From Camelus ferus (lineage: Eukaryota), in contig NC_045696.1 of the NCBI RefSeq assembly GCF_009834535.1, forward strand, positions 18,602,001 to 18,666,000: 64,000 nucleotides of DNA, written 5' to 3'. Both the position numbers and the translations under genes were made by a program. The first letter of the stretch is position 1; every line of letters begins with the position of its first letter. Below are positions 1 to 12,718 of this stretch, in pieces. The notes under the pieces were generated by a model. The model was not told where the DNA came from and searched no databases. It was given only the letters and a program-made list of their open reading frames with translations.

Positions 1-1954
1 TCAGTCCTAGTTTCTAAAGTCCATCCACAAGAAATTTGGAAGTAGATTTCAATGATAGATGTTAACTATATAATCGTTACTTTCTGACCAAATAAACTGA
101 GTAGCTGGAGATAGGTAAGATTGGCTGTACTCAGAGAACGTCAGTCTTGCATATTCAGACTTAAGTCATTTTCTTTGTTCTTAAGTCAAATTCATCCCTT
201 CCAGGCTTCCTTCTTGTCTTGTGTGGCAAAGGGCTGCAAAAAATCCCCTATACACCTTTTTCCAAGATGGTGATAACTGATTCATTGGAGTTTCCCATCC
301 TAAGTAATGTTTAATTTCACATACATTCAATACTAACGCTATAACTTAAAGTTCCTAACCACTGGGGAAATTGGAATGGGAACATACACAGTTACAACTT
401 TGACGAAGGCAGGGATCTCCAACTATCAGGAATAATAAAATGCTTTTGACTGTCATTGATTCCTGAGGTTAAAAGAATATAATTCCTAACTTATACTAGA
501 TTTCTTGTTTAGTTATTTTTCTTTGGCTGGTCTGATCTGGGTTACCCTGGCTCTTTCTACTGAACTTATTAATTCAACTTTTATTTCAGTTAGCCAACAT
601 TATTGTATGCCTTGCCCTTCTATTCAGTATGAACACTCCTAGATCAATACTAAATTCCATTACCATCTTGAGCTGCTAGCTTCCTCACTCTTTTTACTTG
701 GCCATTTATGAAAATCAGATGTCTCCATTGCCCAGAATAGAGTGTGTGGGATAGATGCATATATAGAAGTTGAAGATAAAAAAATATGAAAATGTGGGTT
801 TTTTCCCCCTCAGTTTTCATTTTGATTCAGGTTTCTAAAGCATGGGTCTAATTTATTAAAAGTATAAGTTAATAAAATTGGTTGAATAGTTTTAGTGGAA
901 TTGAAAGGATGGTAGAAAAGACTCTTAACAACTTGTCTTATAGATCTTATTTATAATGCAGTTAGTTAAAACCAGGAGAGATCAATATGCATTGCGTGCT
1001 TAGTTTAGCAGAGGAATATTAAGTGTATTCTTACTGTTCTTTTCCTGCATCTCTAGAGTTTACAGATTCTGGACCAATTAAAGGCTTTAGCCTTCTACAG
1101 GGAATTGCCCTATTAAGATTCAGTGCTGCAAATGTTTGAATTCTTCTGAAGAGAAAAAGTCAAGATTCATTTTTATTTTCCAATAATCCTCTTCTATTTT
1201 CAATATAAAATCAAAATAATGTTAATTCCTCTGGGGGGAGAGAGTGACAGTAATTTGATAAGCTATCTTCTGAATAGTGCTGAAAAAGGAGAGGATACAA
1301 ATTTTCCCTGACCATTCAAATCTAACTGTTAAGAGTTTAAATCAGTAAGTTCTGGTGAATCTGTTAAATAGATTTTTTTTTTAATCCATTGGCTGATGAA
1401 GCAACACATATCTTCATTATTCCCCATACCATTGTCATAATATATTTACCAGCAGAACAATATAAACTGTTTTTGTCTCATGCATATTGATAAAATTATA
1501 GTTATAACCATACACATTTAAATGATTTCACATGGTGGTAAGGCACTCTTAATTATGATATGTAATGATGCTACAAATCCTTAATGTGTTGATTATTTTC
1601 TTGGATAAGAGTTATCTTCGCTAAGAAGATAGACTGAAAATGTAGTGAGAAGAATACCTGGAGATAAAACTGTAATTATGTGCATAATCAGATCATAGAA
1701 GCTTACACTTAAAACAATTTCCCCCCAAAATAGGTATTTATAAGACAAAGAAAGGCGGGGATGGATTTGTTTTATTTCTCATAAGGTTACCTGCACATTT
1801 ATATAATTGTCTTAAGTTTATTTTTGAAATGTGTATGATTGTGGCAAATTAAGAAGTCTTGATATCAGAATGTTCTTATATGATGATGGCTGGATTAAAT
1901 ACGGTGGTAGTTTTAAAGCCCACTGGCAGCAGAGAGCGTCCTAGAGAGAAGGCA

Positions 1955-2700
1955 ATTTAGTTCTCTCTTGCTGCTTATGAAAGCATCCCCAAATTTCGTA
2001 GGTTAAACATTAGCCACTTAATCAGCTCACATTTGTGAGTCTGCTGATTCTGAGAGAGCTCAGCTGAAGGCTGCTGGACTTGCCTGTACAGCTGTTGCCA
2101 ACTCATAGGTTGCCTTGTGTCTGAATAATCAAGGGTGTCCTCATTCACACATACGGCGTTTGTAGGCTATTTAATGGGGTGATAGAGGCATCTGAGTTTC
2201 TCTTACAATTCAGCAAGCTGGCTTGCATTTCTTCAAGTAGTGATTGCTTGGTTACAACAACTGTAAGAGAAGACACCCCCAGTGTACAAGTTCTTGTTAA
2301 GCCTTTGCTTGCATCATTTGCTAGTAAAGTAAATTGGTCAAAGAAAGTCATATGACTGTTGCAGGTGCAAGAAGTGGCGCCATGCCTGCACCTATTCATA
2401 CTGTTCGTAGAAAGGAAGGAGTTTGTGGGCATTTGGTCATCGATCACAACCATCCTCTGGCTGTAACTTACTTTTCTCTCACATGGAAAATATACTCAGT
2501 CTTATCCCAGAGACCTAAAATGCCTCATGCAGTTCTGCCCTTAGGGTTGAAGTACAAAACCTTTTGATCTAAAGTCATATTTAAAAGACAACCTGGATGT
2601 GTTTCTATTGAGTGAGAGAGACGAGTTACTTGCACCCTTCCTCACAGACACAGTATACACAAGGATGACTAGACGTGTGCATTACACACATGCTTCAAAG
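1955..2700 (-). mobile_element. MaLR MLT1-type LTR (~1955-2450) plus adjoining MLT1 internal sequence
   Basis: Starts ttagttctctcttgctgcttatgaaagcatccccaaatt...ggttaaaca...cagctcac, resembling the reverse-strand terminus of older MLT1 LTRs. It continues into catcctctggctgtaacttacttttctctcacatgg, typical of MLT-int. Confidence 0.6.
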
Positions 2701-2919
2701 TGGAGTGGGCCATAGCTTTGCCAGCTGTTCTACTAAAGAACAATGTGGGGCATCCTTTTTGCAGTTTGCTGTATAATTTCCTCATTGATTTCTCTAGTTT
2801 CCATGAACAGATGATTCACCATTTTTCGAGTCTTGCTTAATAGTTTCTTCACTGCTTTTTCCAGTCATCACCACCTGCCATCCCTCAGATCAATGACACT
2901 TAAGATTGCAATGTTTCTC

Positions 2920-3215
2920 CTAATTATCTTTTGCTGTATAACAAACTACATCCAAAATGTCAGTGGCTTCAAGCAGTATTCATGTATTTAGCTACTCATT
3001 CTGTGGGTTGGCTGGGAAGTCTTTCTCGACTGGGCCAGCCTTGCTGCTCTTGGCTGGCAGCTTACACAGAAGGCAGGTCAGCTAAGAGCCGGGTGGTGTG
3101 TGATGGATTAGCTCACATGACTGGTCCTCAACAGGCTCTTGACAAATATTGGAGGGAGCTGGGCCACGTGTCTTGTTATCCAGGAGGCTAGTCAGAGCTC
3201 CTTTATGTGGTAGTT
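2920..3215 (-). mobile_element. MaLR MLT1-type LTR fragment
   Basis: ttgctgtataacaaactacatccaaaatgtcagtggcttcaagcag...ctcattctgtgggttggctggg...tccaggaggctag matches MLT1 LTR motifs. Confidence 0.65.
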
Positions 3216-3329
3216 AAAAGTTAACGGTAAGATAGGATAAACGGATAAACTTGTTCTTATTTATTAAAGGAAAATTGTAAGGAATATGTGTGTCTCTGTC
3301 TCTAAGACATATATACATATATATTGACC

Positions 3330-4216
3330 ATCTCCACTAACTCTTCCTTTATCTTCTCAACCTCTGCAGTTAAGGTCAAAACCACTGAAATCACTCAATA
3401 ATCTTTCCATTTTTCAAATTCTTACCATAAATTTGGTTCATTTAAACAGTATTTGGAAAAAAAATTGAGTGCCTCCCTCATTGAGCATTTTCTTTACTTG
3501 ATTTCTGAGATAAGATGTCTCCTGGTTTTTCATCAAATTTACTGACTACTTTCCCCTCACTCTTTTAATAAACATTAGAATTTCTTTCCAATCCACGTAG
3601 ACACTGAGATTCTCCAAGAATCTATCCTCAGGCCTTTTCTGTTCACTCCCTACACTCTTCTCCAGTGATCTCAAATTCCCACAGCTTCAAGTAAATCTAT
3701 TTACTGACAGTTTGTGAATTCAAACCCCGATTTCTCCTGGAGCTTTACTTCTGTATACAACTTTTCATCTCCCACCTCTACTTGAATGTCCGTGAAATAA
3801 CTGTCTCTCGCAGTTCTAAAAAGAAAATTCAAATCAACATTCCCATATACCAGTCTTCTACATATCAGTGTATCACCCTGAAAATTATTCAGTTTATTGA
3901 GAGAAGAAAGTAAAAAAAAACCTCAGGGTCACTCTTATGGTCTTACTTTCTCTCCACACCACAGGCCAGCCCTACTTCCAAAATTTGCATCCTATTAAGT
4001 GGATCTCCGCTACATCCAGCTGCCACTAGCCACTCTCCTGTTTGAACTACTTGTGCAGCCTTCTTTCGATCTCCTTACTGCCACTCTTTATTTTCTACCC
4101 AGAGTCATATTTTAAGTATATAAATTAGGTCATGTCCTTTTCCTGTTGACACCACACCAAAAAAAAAAAAAAAAAAAAAAGCCTTCCCCAAAACTGTCAA
4201 ATAAAATTCTAAGTCC
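3330..4216 (+). mobile_element. LINE-2 fragment (left part of a split element)
   Basis: Pyrimidine-rich L2 motifs: tcctcaggccttttctgttcactccctacactc, gtgatctc, acttgaatgtcc, cagagtcatattttaag...aggtcatgtc, aataaaattctaagtcc. Confidence 0.7.
4159..4180 (+). repeat. poly(A) tract of about 22 nt inside L2
   Basis: Seen directly. Confidence 0.9.
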
Positions 4217-6720
4217 AGCTGGACTTCTGATTTCTGCTGCCTTACCTAAGGAGCTTAGAAGGCATTGCATCCTAAGAACAAGTGAAATGCTGAACAGACT
4301 GGAAAATTAACAACTCTTCTTAAATCTGTAAGAAAGAAGAAGATGGAAGACAAATCACTGTCCCCGAGATTTGAGAGACAGAGGTGAATACAGGGAGTCT
4401 CTGTTTACTAGAGCAGAGACTTGGGGGTGAAAACAGCCCTGGGAACCAGTGCTGCCATAGGAAAACCGGAACTGAAGTTGGTGAGTTACTCAGGGCTTCG
4501 TGCTGAAAACTCACAATTACAAACTCCAGGGGGACCCAGTCATAGGGAGATGCCACTGTTGTGTGAGGTTTACTTTCAGAAGTTTAATCAGTTTTCTTAT
4601 AATAAACAATAGAGGGGAAATTCCTTCTTGGGTGCAGCAGGAGGAGAGGAAAAATAATCATTGTGAAATATGCTGGAGCACTCCATACTTAACGAGGCTT
4701 GCCCTCAGGAGAAACTAGTTAACCAGAACTTAACATGCAGAGGTATTACCAGAGACTGACGGACCCAGGGGAACCAAAATAGCCAACTACTTCCACTCTA
4801 GCAATCTGTTCTCACCTAAGGGAGGAAGAACTGAGAAACATCTGTGAATTTCACTGGCCAGTGGCATAGTGTCCCTAAAAGACTAAAATCTAATTCTAAG
4901 ACTATAAGAATGTTTTCTTCTCCTATACATTTTTCTACAATATTATCAAAGTTCTGTTTACAGCAGTTGCTTTTACTTAATACATTATGTTCAACTATCA
5001 AGAACTACAGGGCATAAAGCAAAAAGCACAGTTTGAACAGACAGGAAAAGTATCAAAACCAGACACCACAAGGATGCTGGAATTATCAGACCATGGTTTT
5101 AGAACAGTATGCTAAGGGTTCTAATGGATAAAGTAGATAGCATTCAAGATCAAACAGACAACAGAAAGATGGACGTCCTAAGGAAGAACCCCTTCACCTA
5201 CCACCAAACAATGCTACAGACAAAAAAAAAAACTAAGAAAAATTAAGAATGTTTTTGGTTTGCCTAGTAGAATAATATTCTACTTGTCTATTGACAAGCT
5301 GGGGAAATAATCTCAGAGTTTAGGTATATCTCCAAAACCTCTAAAACTGAAAAGCAAAGAAAACAACAAAAACACCATATGAACTGTGGGACAGTATAAG
5401 GTATAACATACACACATAATGAGAACACCAGAGGAGAAGAAAGAGAAAGAAGAGAAGGTACATTTTTAAACAGTGACTGAGAGTTTCTCCAAATAAATGT
5501 GAGATGCCAAGCTACAGATCCAGGAAGCCACAAGAATCCCAAACAGGGTAAATGCCTTCCCCTTAACGAAAAAACACACACACATGAAAAAAACAAACAA
5601 AAATACACTTAGGCATATCACTCTCAAACTACAGAAAATCAAAGAGAAAGAAATCATGAAACAATCCAGAGGAAAAAGATAACACCTTACTTGTAGAAGA
5701 AAAAGATAAGAATTACACCCAGCTTCTCTTTGGAAACCATGCAAGCAGGAAGAGTGAAGTAGTATATTTAAAATGTTGAGAGAAAAACCACCAACCTAGA
5801 ATTCTGTACTCTAAAACATTGTCCTTCAAAAGTGAAAACAATAAACACTTTCTCAGACAAACAAACTAAGGGAATTTGTTGGTAGACTTTTCTTGCAAGA
5901 AATGTTGAAAGTTCTTTAGAGAGAAGGAAGTTGATATTGCTCAGAATCTCAGATCTACATAAAAGAAGAGCAGTGGAGGAGGAATAAGTGAATGTAACAA
6001 ACTTTTCTTATAGTTAATTGATTTAATAGATAACAGCTCAATAATGCAACAGTATATTCAATTATGTATGTTTGTATATTCAGATATATGTCTACTATTG
6101 TTATACATAAGTGAAATGAATGAGAGCAGTGACACAAGAGACGAAAGGAAAAACTAAGATTGTTTTATTATAAGTTACCCGACTACCCCTGAAGTAGTAT
6201 AGGATTGTTGAAAAGTAGACTGGGATTAGCTATAAATGTATATTGCAAACTCTAGGTCAGCCATTAAAAAAATAAAGTGTAACTGATAAGCTGATAAAGG
6301 AGAGAAAATGAAATCATACAAAATAGTCAATTGAAACTACAAAGGCCGAAAAATAGTAGAAGACAAAAGTGGAAACAAAGAAAAAACAACAAACACCCAG
6401 TAAGAAATATGGTAGATGTTAATCCAATTATGTCCGTAATCACTTTAAACAACAGTGGTCCAAATGCACTAATTAAAAGTCAGATTTTCAGAATGGATAA
6501 GAGAATAAGACTGAACTATATATTATCTACAAGAAACCTACTTTAAGTATAAAGACACATAGAAACTTAAAGTACTTGGAAGGAGAAAAATACACTATGC
6601 TCTAACAACAATCAAAAGAAAGTAGGAGAAGCTATAGTCATTTGAGATAGAACAAATTTCAAAGCAAGGGAAGTTTTTCAGAGATAAAGAGGGGCGTTAC
6701 GTAAGTAATGATACAGGGGA
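4217..6720 (+). mobile_element. Old L1M-type LINE-1 5' portion (5'UTR, decayed ORF1, start of ORF2 endonuclease), 3' truncated
   Basis: ORF1-like A-rich sequence with ccaacctagaattctgtac and tccttcaaaagtgaa. The ATG at 6409 reads MVDVNPIMSVITLNNSGPNALIK, like the L1 endonuclease N-terminus ITLNVNGLNxPIKR. The element stops about 300 nt into ORF2. Confidence 0.85.
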
Positions 6721-6761
6721 CATATAAACATGCTAGACTTTTAAAACTTTATACTATAACC

Positions 6762-9495
6762 TGTGACTAGTGGGGACTGATGTTTACAACTAAGTATCCT
6801 TCTAGCCTTATTGGACAGTTCTGAAGTGTATTTTATACTCCTCAGAGGTTCTCGGAGAGATTGTCTCAATTGCCCCATTATGATGGCAGAATTACTCACC
6901 CATCCTTGGATTGGCTTCCCCTCCTTCCCTATATCACCATTACCCTTTTCCTAGCCTTTCATTCCTACTCCACCTGCGTGTTAACCCTTTCATCAGGCTC
7001 TTCCTTTAGGGTAACCCTAAAGCAATTAGTAACAGTAGTAACACTTTTCGTGAAGGTGAGTGATGTTATCCTAGGATCCACCTCCTAATTAGGTTCTAAC
7101 TGCCAGGGTTCCCTGGAGTGGTGTTAATTCTTGGCATGTAGTAGTATGATCATTACTAAGATTTGTAGCAGGAGGTAGAATGGAATTTGGTACAGATATA
7201 ACATGAAACATTGGTCTGTGCAATACAACATACTTGTTATCAATATATTAGCAATAATAATATGAAGGGCTATGGAATTAGCCAACCTTTTGTTTACATT
7301 TTTAGAAGCCCCCAAAATAACAGGTTTAAATTAGCCAGCTATCAATCCTCTGGTAAAAAAGCAGTTGATGTAAATCTACACCTGGGGTCAAATATAAAAG
7401 TACTTGAACTACAAAGGATTTTGAACAAACAGCCTCCATGGGTCTCCTATGCCAAAGAAGAGACCATATTTGAAAAAAAAAAAAAAGGATGTCCTAGAGA
7501 CCCAAGGTGTGGGCAATTAGGTGAAAAAGCCTGAGGATTTTGAATTCTATATTATGTATCTTATTTGGAAGAAGCAGCTCCTTACTCCATACTAAATACT
7601 TTCCTCCACTTGGAGTTCCAGTGCAGGCCTTATCTGGTGTTAATGCCTTGATAAATTGTGCTGGATTATTCAATATTTGGGTTCATTTCTCCTTATTGTG
7701 TCCTCATCTGTAAGTAGGGACAGGTGAAACCAAGCAAAGACCAGATAATACAGCAATTTCTCCAGGAGGAAAATGACAAGTACACCCAAGTACTAAAGTG
7801 ACCAGAAAATACCAGAAAATACCAGGGAGCACATGTTTGGGGTGTATTTGGGAAGTTGGGTGTGGGCCAAGACTACAAAATATATAGCTTATTACTGACA
7901 AGGGGGCACTCTCTTGTGGCTCAAGTGTTTTAATGTTTTGTCAGGGACACCTGGAGACAATGCTTAGAGTTGCTTTTTAAATCTTGGAAATACTGATGGT
8001 CTATAGTGAAAGAAACAAAGTAATTAGAACAGTGTATGAAGACTAGGGTAGGTGAGCAATTCAGAAGGAATCCAATATGTGAGATGGGGTCATCTATCAC
8101 TGAAGTATGTTCCACATGAAGTCTCAGAATATTGATTTTGCAAACAGTAAGAATTCAACTGCTAAGGGAGACACTTCCATCTCTGAACAGTGCATTGGTG
8201 CTTCCTCCTCTAGGTCAAGGTTGACATTAGCAGATTTTCCATGGGACTTGGCCCTCTAGTAATACCGCTGGGGATGTATTCTGAAATTGAAGAGACCAAC
8301 AGGTCAGTGTTTATCATCAGAGATCTTCTCAAGGGAGTTTTCATAGTGAACATCAAGATTAAAGAGTTAACCAGGTGGATCTGTAGTCATGATTAATCAT
8401 TACATTCCTACTGTTGAGATAGATGGTGAGTTAACTAGAGTGTTACTTGACTTCTATAGCAAGAAAAAAATGGATCTGCTGAGCATATGTCTAACTTGGT
8501 TACATAGTAGAAATTGAGATCTGCCACCCAGTTTCTACAAAGCCAGAAAATTCTACCATTAAAATAGAGACTTCAAATAGTGTCTTCAAACGATACCGAG
8601 ATTGCCCCCCAAACAGCAGTGGCAGGAAGAAAGTTATGTCTGGGTCCCAAGGCTTTCCCAAGGTTGTTCCTAGATGCTTCATGACCAGTGACAACAAGTT
8701 TAAAGCAACTGAATACTCCCAACTCCTTGGTTAAAGGGTCAGAACCACCCCACTTAGCCCCAAATCTAGACATGTTGAAGTGTTGTGCAAATGAGAGAAA
8801 GCTCTAAAATGGGTGGTGGAAGAGAGGTGAATATTAAATATAGTCTCTGAACCCAGTTTTATCAAGCTTGCTTCACTCAACTGTGGCCATTTAATACTGC
8901 ATAGATAATGAAGCCAGCTTGAAGGCTGGAATGTGTCAGACTTACCACACCCATGGTCTGAAATGGATTAGTACAAAGGGTGGCATGTATTGAACTCTCC
9001 TTACATCCGACCCCAGTCCTTCCCCAGTCCACCTTTGTACACTTGTCATTGCTTCAACAACCATCTGTATCCAGGCACAGCTAGAATACGTGACTAATAT
9101 TAACTACATGTAAATTTTAAGGGCTTCTCTTCTGCTTTGACGTAGAAAGGCTACACTGAGAATTTGCAAACCCAGAGATAGGAAGGAACTAATCCTAGGA
9201 GTGAATCTTGACCAATATGATATGAATGCTAATGGATTAAGTTGCCTATTCTGAGTTCCTCTGTGGAAAATTCTAAGATCTACTCTACATGGTTTGTAAG
9301 AGGCTCCCCAGTAGGATTGAACCCTATGTTTTCACAGCAGTGATCATCTATAACACTCTTGAATTAGCTTTCTCTACTTGCCTCTTTCACTCTTTCTTGC
9401 CTCCACTGGGCCAGTAGATCTCTTCCAAAAGCAAACTTACTGAATTCAAACCTGTGCCTTAGACTAGGTTTCCCCTGAAAGCAAGATCTAAGACC
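6762..9495 (+). mobile_element. Internally deleted ERVL provirus with LTR16-like LTRs (partial 5' LTR ~6762-7025, internal ~7026-8985, 3' LTR ~8986-9495)
   Basis: Both ends share LTR16-like motifs (cagaggttctc/aagaggctcccc; ttggattggcttccctcc/ttgaattagctttctctac; caggctcttcctttaggg/agactaggtttcccctga). Purine tract aaagggtggca precedes tgt at 8986. A gag-like remnant lies inside. Confidence 0.7.
7780..8450 (+). pseudogene. Decayed ERVL gag remnant
   Basis: Frameshifted translation gives YQKIPG-EHVWG, TDKGALSCGS-FNVL and KSWKY*WSIVKE. These resemble ERVL gag blocks YRQKPGEHVWEW, IDMGPLSRDSAFNV and WIKRWPTVSE. Multiple stops and frameshifts. Confidence 0.6.
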
Positions 9496-9770
9496 CTAGC
9501 ATTCTTATTTCTCCAACACATACAACAAACTAATTTCTACCTCAGTTGACGAATTCTCTTCTGTCTGCCTAGTACTCTATTGCTAGAAAGATACATTGCT
9601 TACTTATTTAATCTACTTAGAAATTTAGCCAAATACCTACTTTACAGAGAGTACTTTCTTGACCTGTCCATCACTTCCTGCTCTCTCATTACTCAGAGTG
9701 CATTATTTTACATGTTTATTATCTTAGTCATTCAATTTATAACATCATGGTATTTAAAATTTACCTAGAA
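9496..9770 (+). mobile_element. LINE-2 fragment (right part of the split element)
   Basis: tctacctcag...ttctgtctgcctagtactct...ccaaatacctactttacagagagtactttcttgacc follows the L2 3' region. Confidence 0.6.
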
Positions 9771-11029
9771 GAATATCTAGATATTTTTTGGCACCCAAAG
9801 ATCTTTATATCAGCAAATAATAAAAAGATGGTCCATTTAAACCAAGAATTAAGAGGTCCCAAGTAAGTATCCTATGCTCCTAGAACAGAACAAAAACTGT
9901 TAAGGCTAGAACATGACCAAACACAAAAACTGAATTATCAAATCAGGCTCTGCATGAATCATAGATGTTATTGAAACCAGTGCCACATTTACTAATAAGA
10001 AGCAAATAGGAGCAAACATTTTTATTATCTGTATTGACCACCACAAAATTCAGTGAGATCAGAGGTTACCATTTCTTTGTCCTCATTTCTCCCATAAATA
10101 ACTCATGAGATCTTAGACATTACTAAGCCACTCCTTGCTCAGCTGATAGTTAGACACCGTTTTCTATGTTGTCCTTGGCGCCATGAATGACTGCCGTCTG
10201 TGCCCCAGCTTTGCTTTGTTATACTTGGTGTTTGGGCTCTTATGCTTCCTTTGGACAAAGCAATAAGAAATCTGTTGAATTTCAGCATATTTCTCTTCCT
10301 AAATGTATCATTTTCCAGAAACTTTGTGAAAGTGTTCATCTTCACTGAAAGTTACTTCTCCTTTTATTTCTAACCTAACTTTGTACCTTCCACTGTTCCT
10401 CCAGTAAAGTAAGTTATCCTATGATCATTTTGTTCATGTTACAAATACTAAACATCTAATATAAACTGAACTGTGGGTGGTAAATGTAAAAACATTTTAT
10501 AGAGGGAATAATCCTTATCACTGTTAATAGAGAAAGGTAGAAATCTATAATAATGATTACTATAACTTCTGGTTATTTTTCATGTAACCTTTCAAATAAG
10601 ATATAATCAATAGAAATGCATCCTTTGTTTGCATAAAATATGCTTTCTTATGGGTAAATGACTGGAACTGCATTAACATTTGAATTTAATGTATATTTGT
10701 GCATTTTCCCCTCTGTTCAAGGATGGAGAAAAGTGAAATATCCTTATAAAACCTTCTTTTTTGTCTTCATGTATCTTGAATAATTCATTGTTTTAAACAA
10801 ACAATAAGAGAATAAATTTGGAGAATTAGTGTATGTGAAAGACAGACCAATTTAAATACTCTTTGAAATCAGAATTAATATATCTAGCTTTTTTTGTCAA
10901 GTCAATAGTTTTTTATATTGATTTATTTTTCCTGATAGATGATTCTTATATTTTCGTGTTCAGAATTGTAGCATACATAGCAGTGATTTCTAAAAGTCTT
11001 AAACTTCTTATCCCGTTTAAAGAGTAAAG

Positions 11030-11445
11030 ACGTTTCTGCATTCGTGTTCTGCAAGGAATAGGTCCTGAAGCAAGGATTATGGTTCAGTTAGTTAGGTCAT
11101 ATAATAGGAAGAACTAATGAGAGACTGATGGACAGGAAAGGAGGAGAACAAGTTTTAGTTAATGAGTGGGTTACTCGTGAACCTACCTGGCTAATTGCCA
11201 TGGGCAGCTGAGGCTCAGCGTTGCTGGGGTATTTATTCTCCGACTTCTCTCTCTCTCATTTTTGAAGGTGGCTACAGAGGGTGTTAACATCCCCCCTCCA
11301 AATTTGTCTGTCCTTCTGGACCAAAGACACCTTCAGAAAGAAATTTAGGTGCTTGAGATAGGAACTCCTTGGCATGAATGGGAACTAGCCACAGAGATGC
11401 TGGGGTAAGTGAGCTCTGGGAGAAGCTCAGAATGTGAATTACAGA
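11030..11445 (-). mobile_element. ERVL-class solo LTR (LTR33-like)
   Basis: cctgaagcaaggatt..., gttaatgagtgggttac, gccatgggcagctgaggctcag and ctggggtatttattctccgacttc resemble the LTR33 reverse strand. Confidence 0.6.
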
Positions 11446-12289
11446 GCTTGATGCCAGAGGGTAAAGTAGAAACCTAAACAGTTCCTAAGATGGCCATTCC
11501 CACTGTGACTTTCCTATAATATACATTTTAAAATAAGGTGCTTGATAGACATTAATTTATAGACTTGTTTCACCTAAGCAGCTATAATACAAGCAAACTG
11601 CCAAGACTTGGGGTGGACTAGGAAGTGATCAGTTAAATGAGGAAACCAGACATTCCATGGTAAAGGTTTGCAGTTTTCTTTCCCATCTTTATGTCGAGGA
11701 CATCCATGTTTGTAACTGTATTCCTATTCTGCCATCTCACACCTTCCCCATCTGCTACATGTATTTGTATCAGCTTCTTCACATGAGTCCAGGCAGGCCG
11801 TGGGACACGGATTGCTAACAGGATTTTCCCCTCGATATTGTTATGCACGTGCCTAAGATGTTTTGCTCCTGTACTTTTAACTAGCTGTTGTTCTTATGAC
11901 TGAGGAAAAACATGCTGTGAGTTTTTCTCATATAGAAATTTCATGGATATTGTCTTTATCAATCAGGACTCTATTTGAAACAGCAAGTAATTCTTAGTGG
12001 GAAGTACCAGAGTGTTACTCAAGTTCTTTTACTGGAAGAATGTGTAGCAGGTATCACTAGTCAGTCAGCACTGACAACTTTCTCCTTCAGTGGACTTCTC
12101 AGACGTGACCTGCCGTTAGCTTTACTGTCTTCTGTCGTGACACTGATGACGACGATGACCTTCCTAAGTATTGTCATTATCAGTCATGATCATAATATTT
12201 TAACATTTTGCTGTGCAACACTTGGCCAAATGTTAGATTCACAGGCAAGTGTTTATCAACTGTGTGTAATAATTTGTGTATAATTTCAT

Positions 12290-12562
12290 ATATTTATAAC
12301 TTTACTTTTAGAGCATTTTAAAATTTACTGAAATTGAGAAGATAACAAAGTTGCCATATATTTTACTTTGTTTCTCGTATTATTGACATATTAGTATGGT
12401 ATACTTGGTACAATTAATAAACTAATATTCATGATTCTATAAACCAGTATTTATGCATCACTAACTAAAGTATGTATTTTATTCAGAACTCCTTAGTTTT
12501 TGTCTAATGTCCTTTGTTTCAGGAGCCTATCCAGAATACCACATTTTATTTGGGTGTCATGT
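12290..12562 (-). mobile_element. L1MC/MD-type 3' end fragment
   Basis: ttttagagcattttaaaatttactgaaattgag...tagtatggtatacttggtacaattaataaac...tctaatgtcctttgtttcaggagcctatccagaataccacatt. Confidence 0.7.
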
Positions 12563-12569
12563 GTATTCC

Positions 12570-12718
12570 TATTTTTATTGAAGTATCATTGACTAACAAT
12601 GTTGTGTTAGTTTCTGGGATATAGCCTAGTGATTCAGCTATACATGTATTTTTTCATATTCTTTTTCATCATAGGTTTTTAAAAGCTATTAAATACAGTT
12701 CCCTGTGCTATGAAGTAT
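12570..12718 (-). mobile_element. Short, younger L1 3'-end insertion (cetartiodactyl/camelid-like)
   Basis: attgaagtatcattgactaacaatgttgtgttagtttctggg...gtgattcagctatac...catattctttttcatcatagg...agttccctgtgcta is homologous to the 3' end of the large L1 at 20545. Confidence 0.8.
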
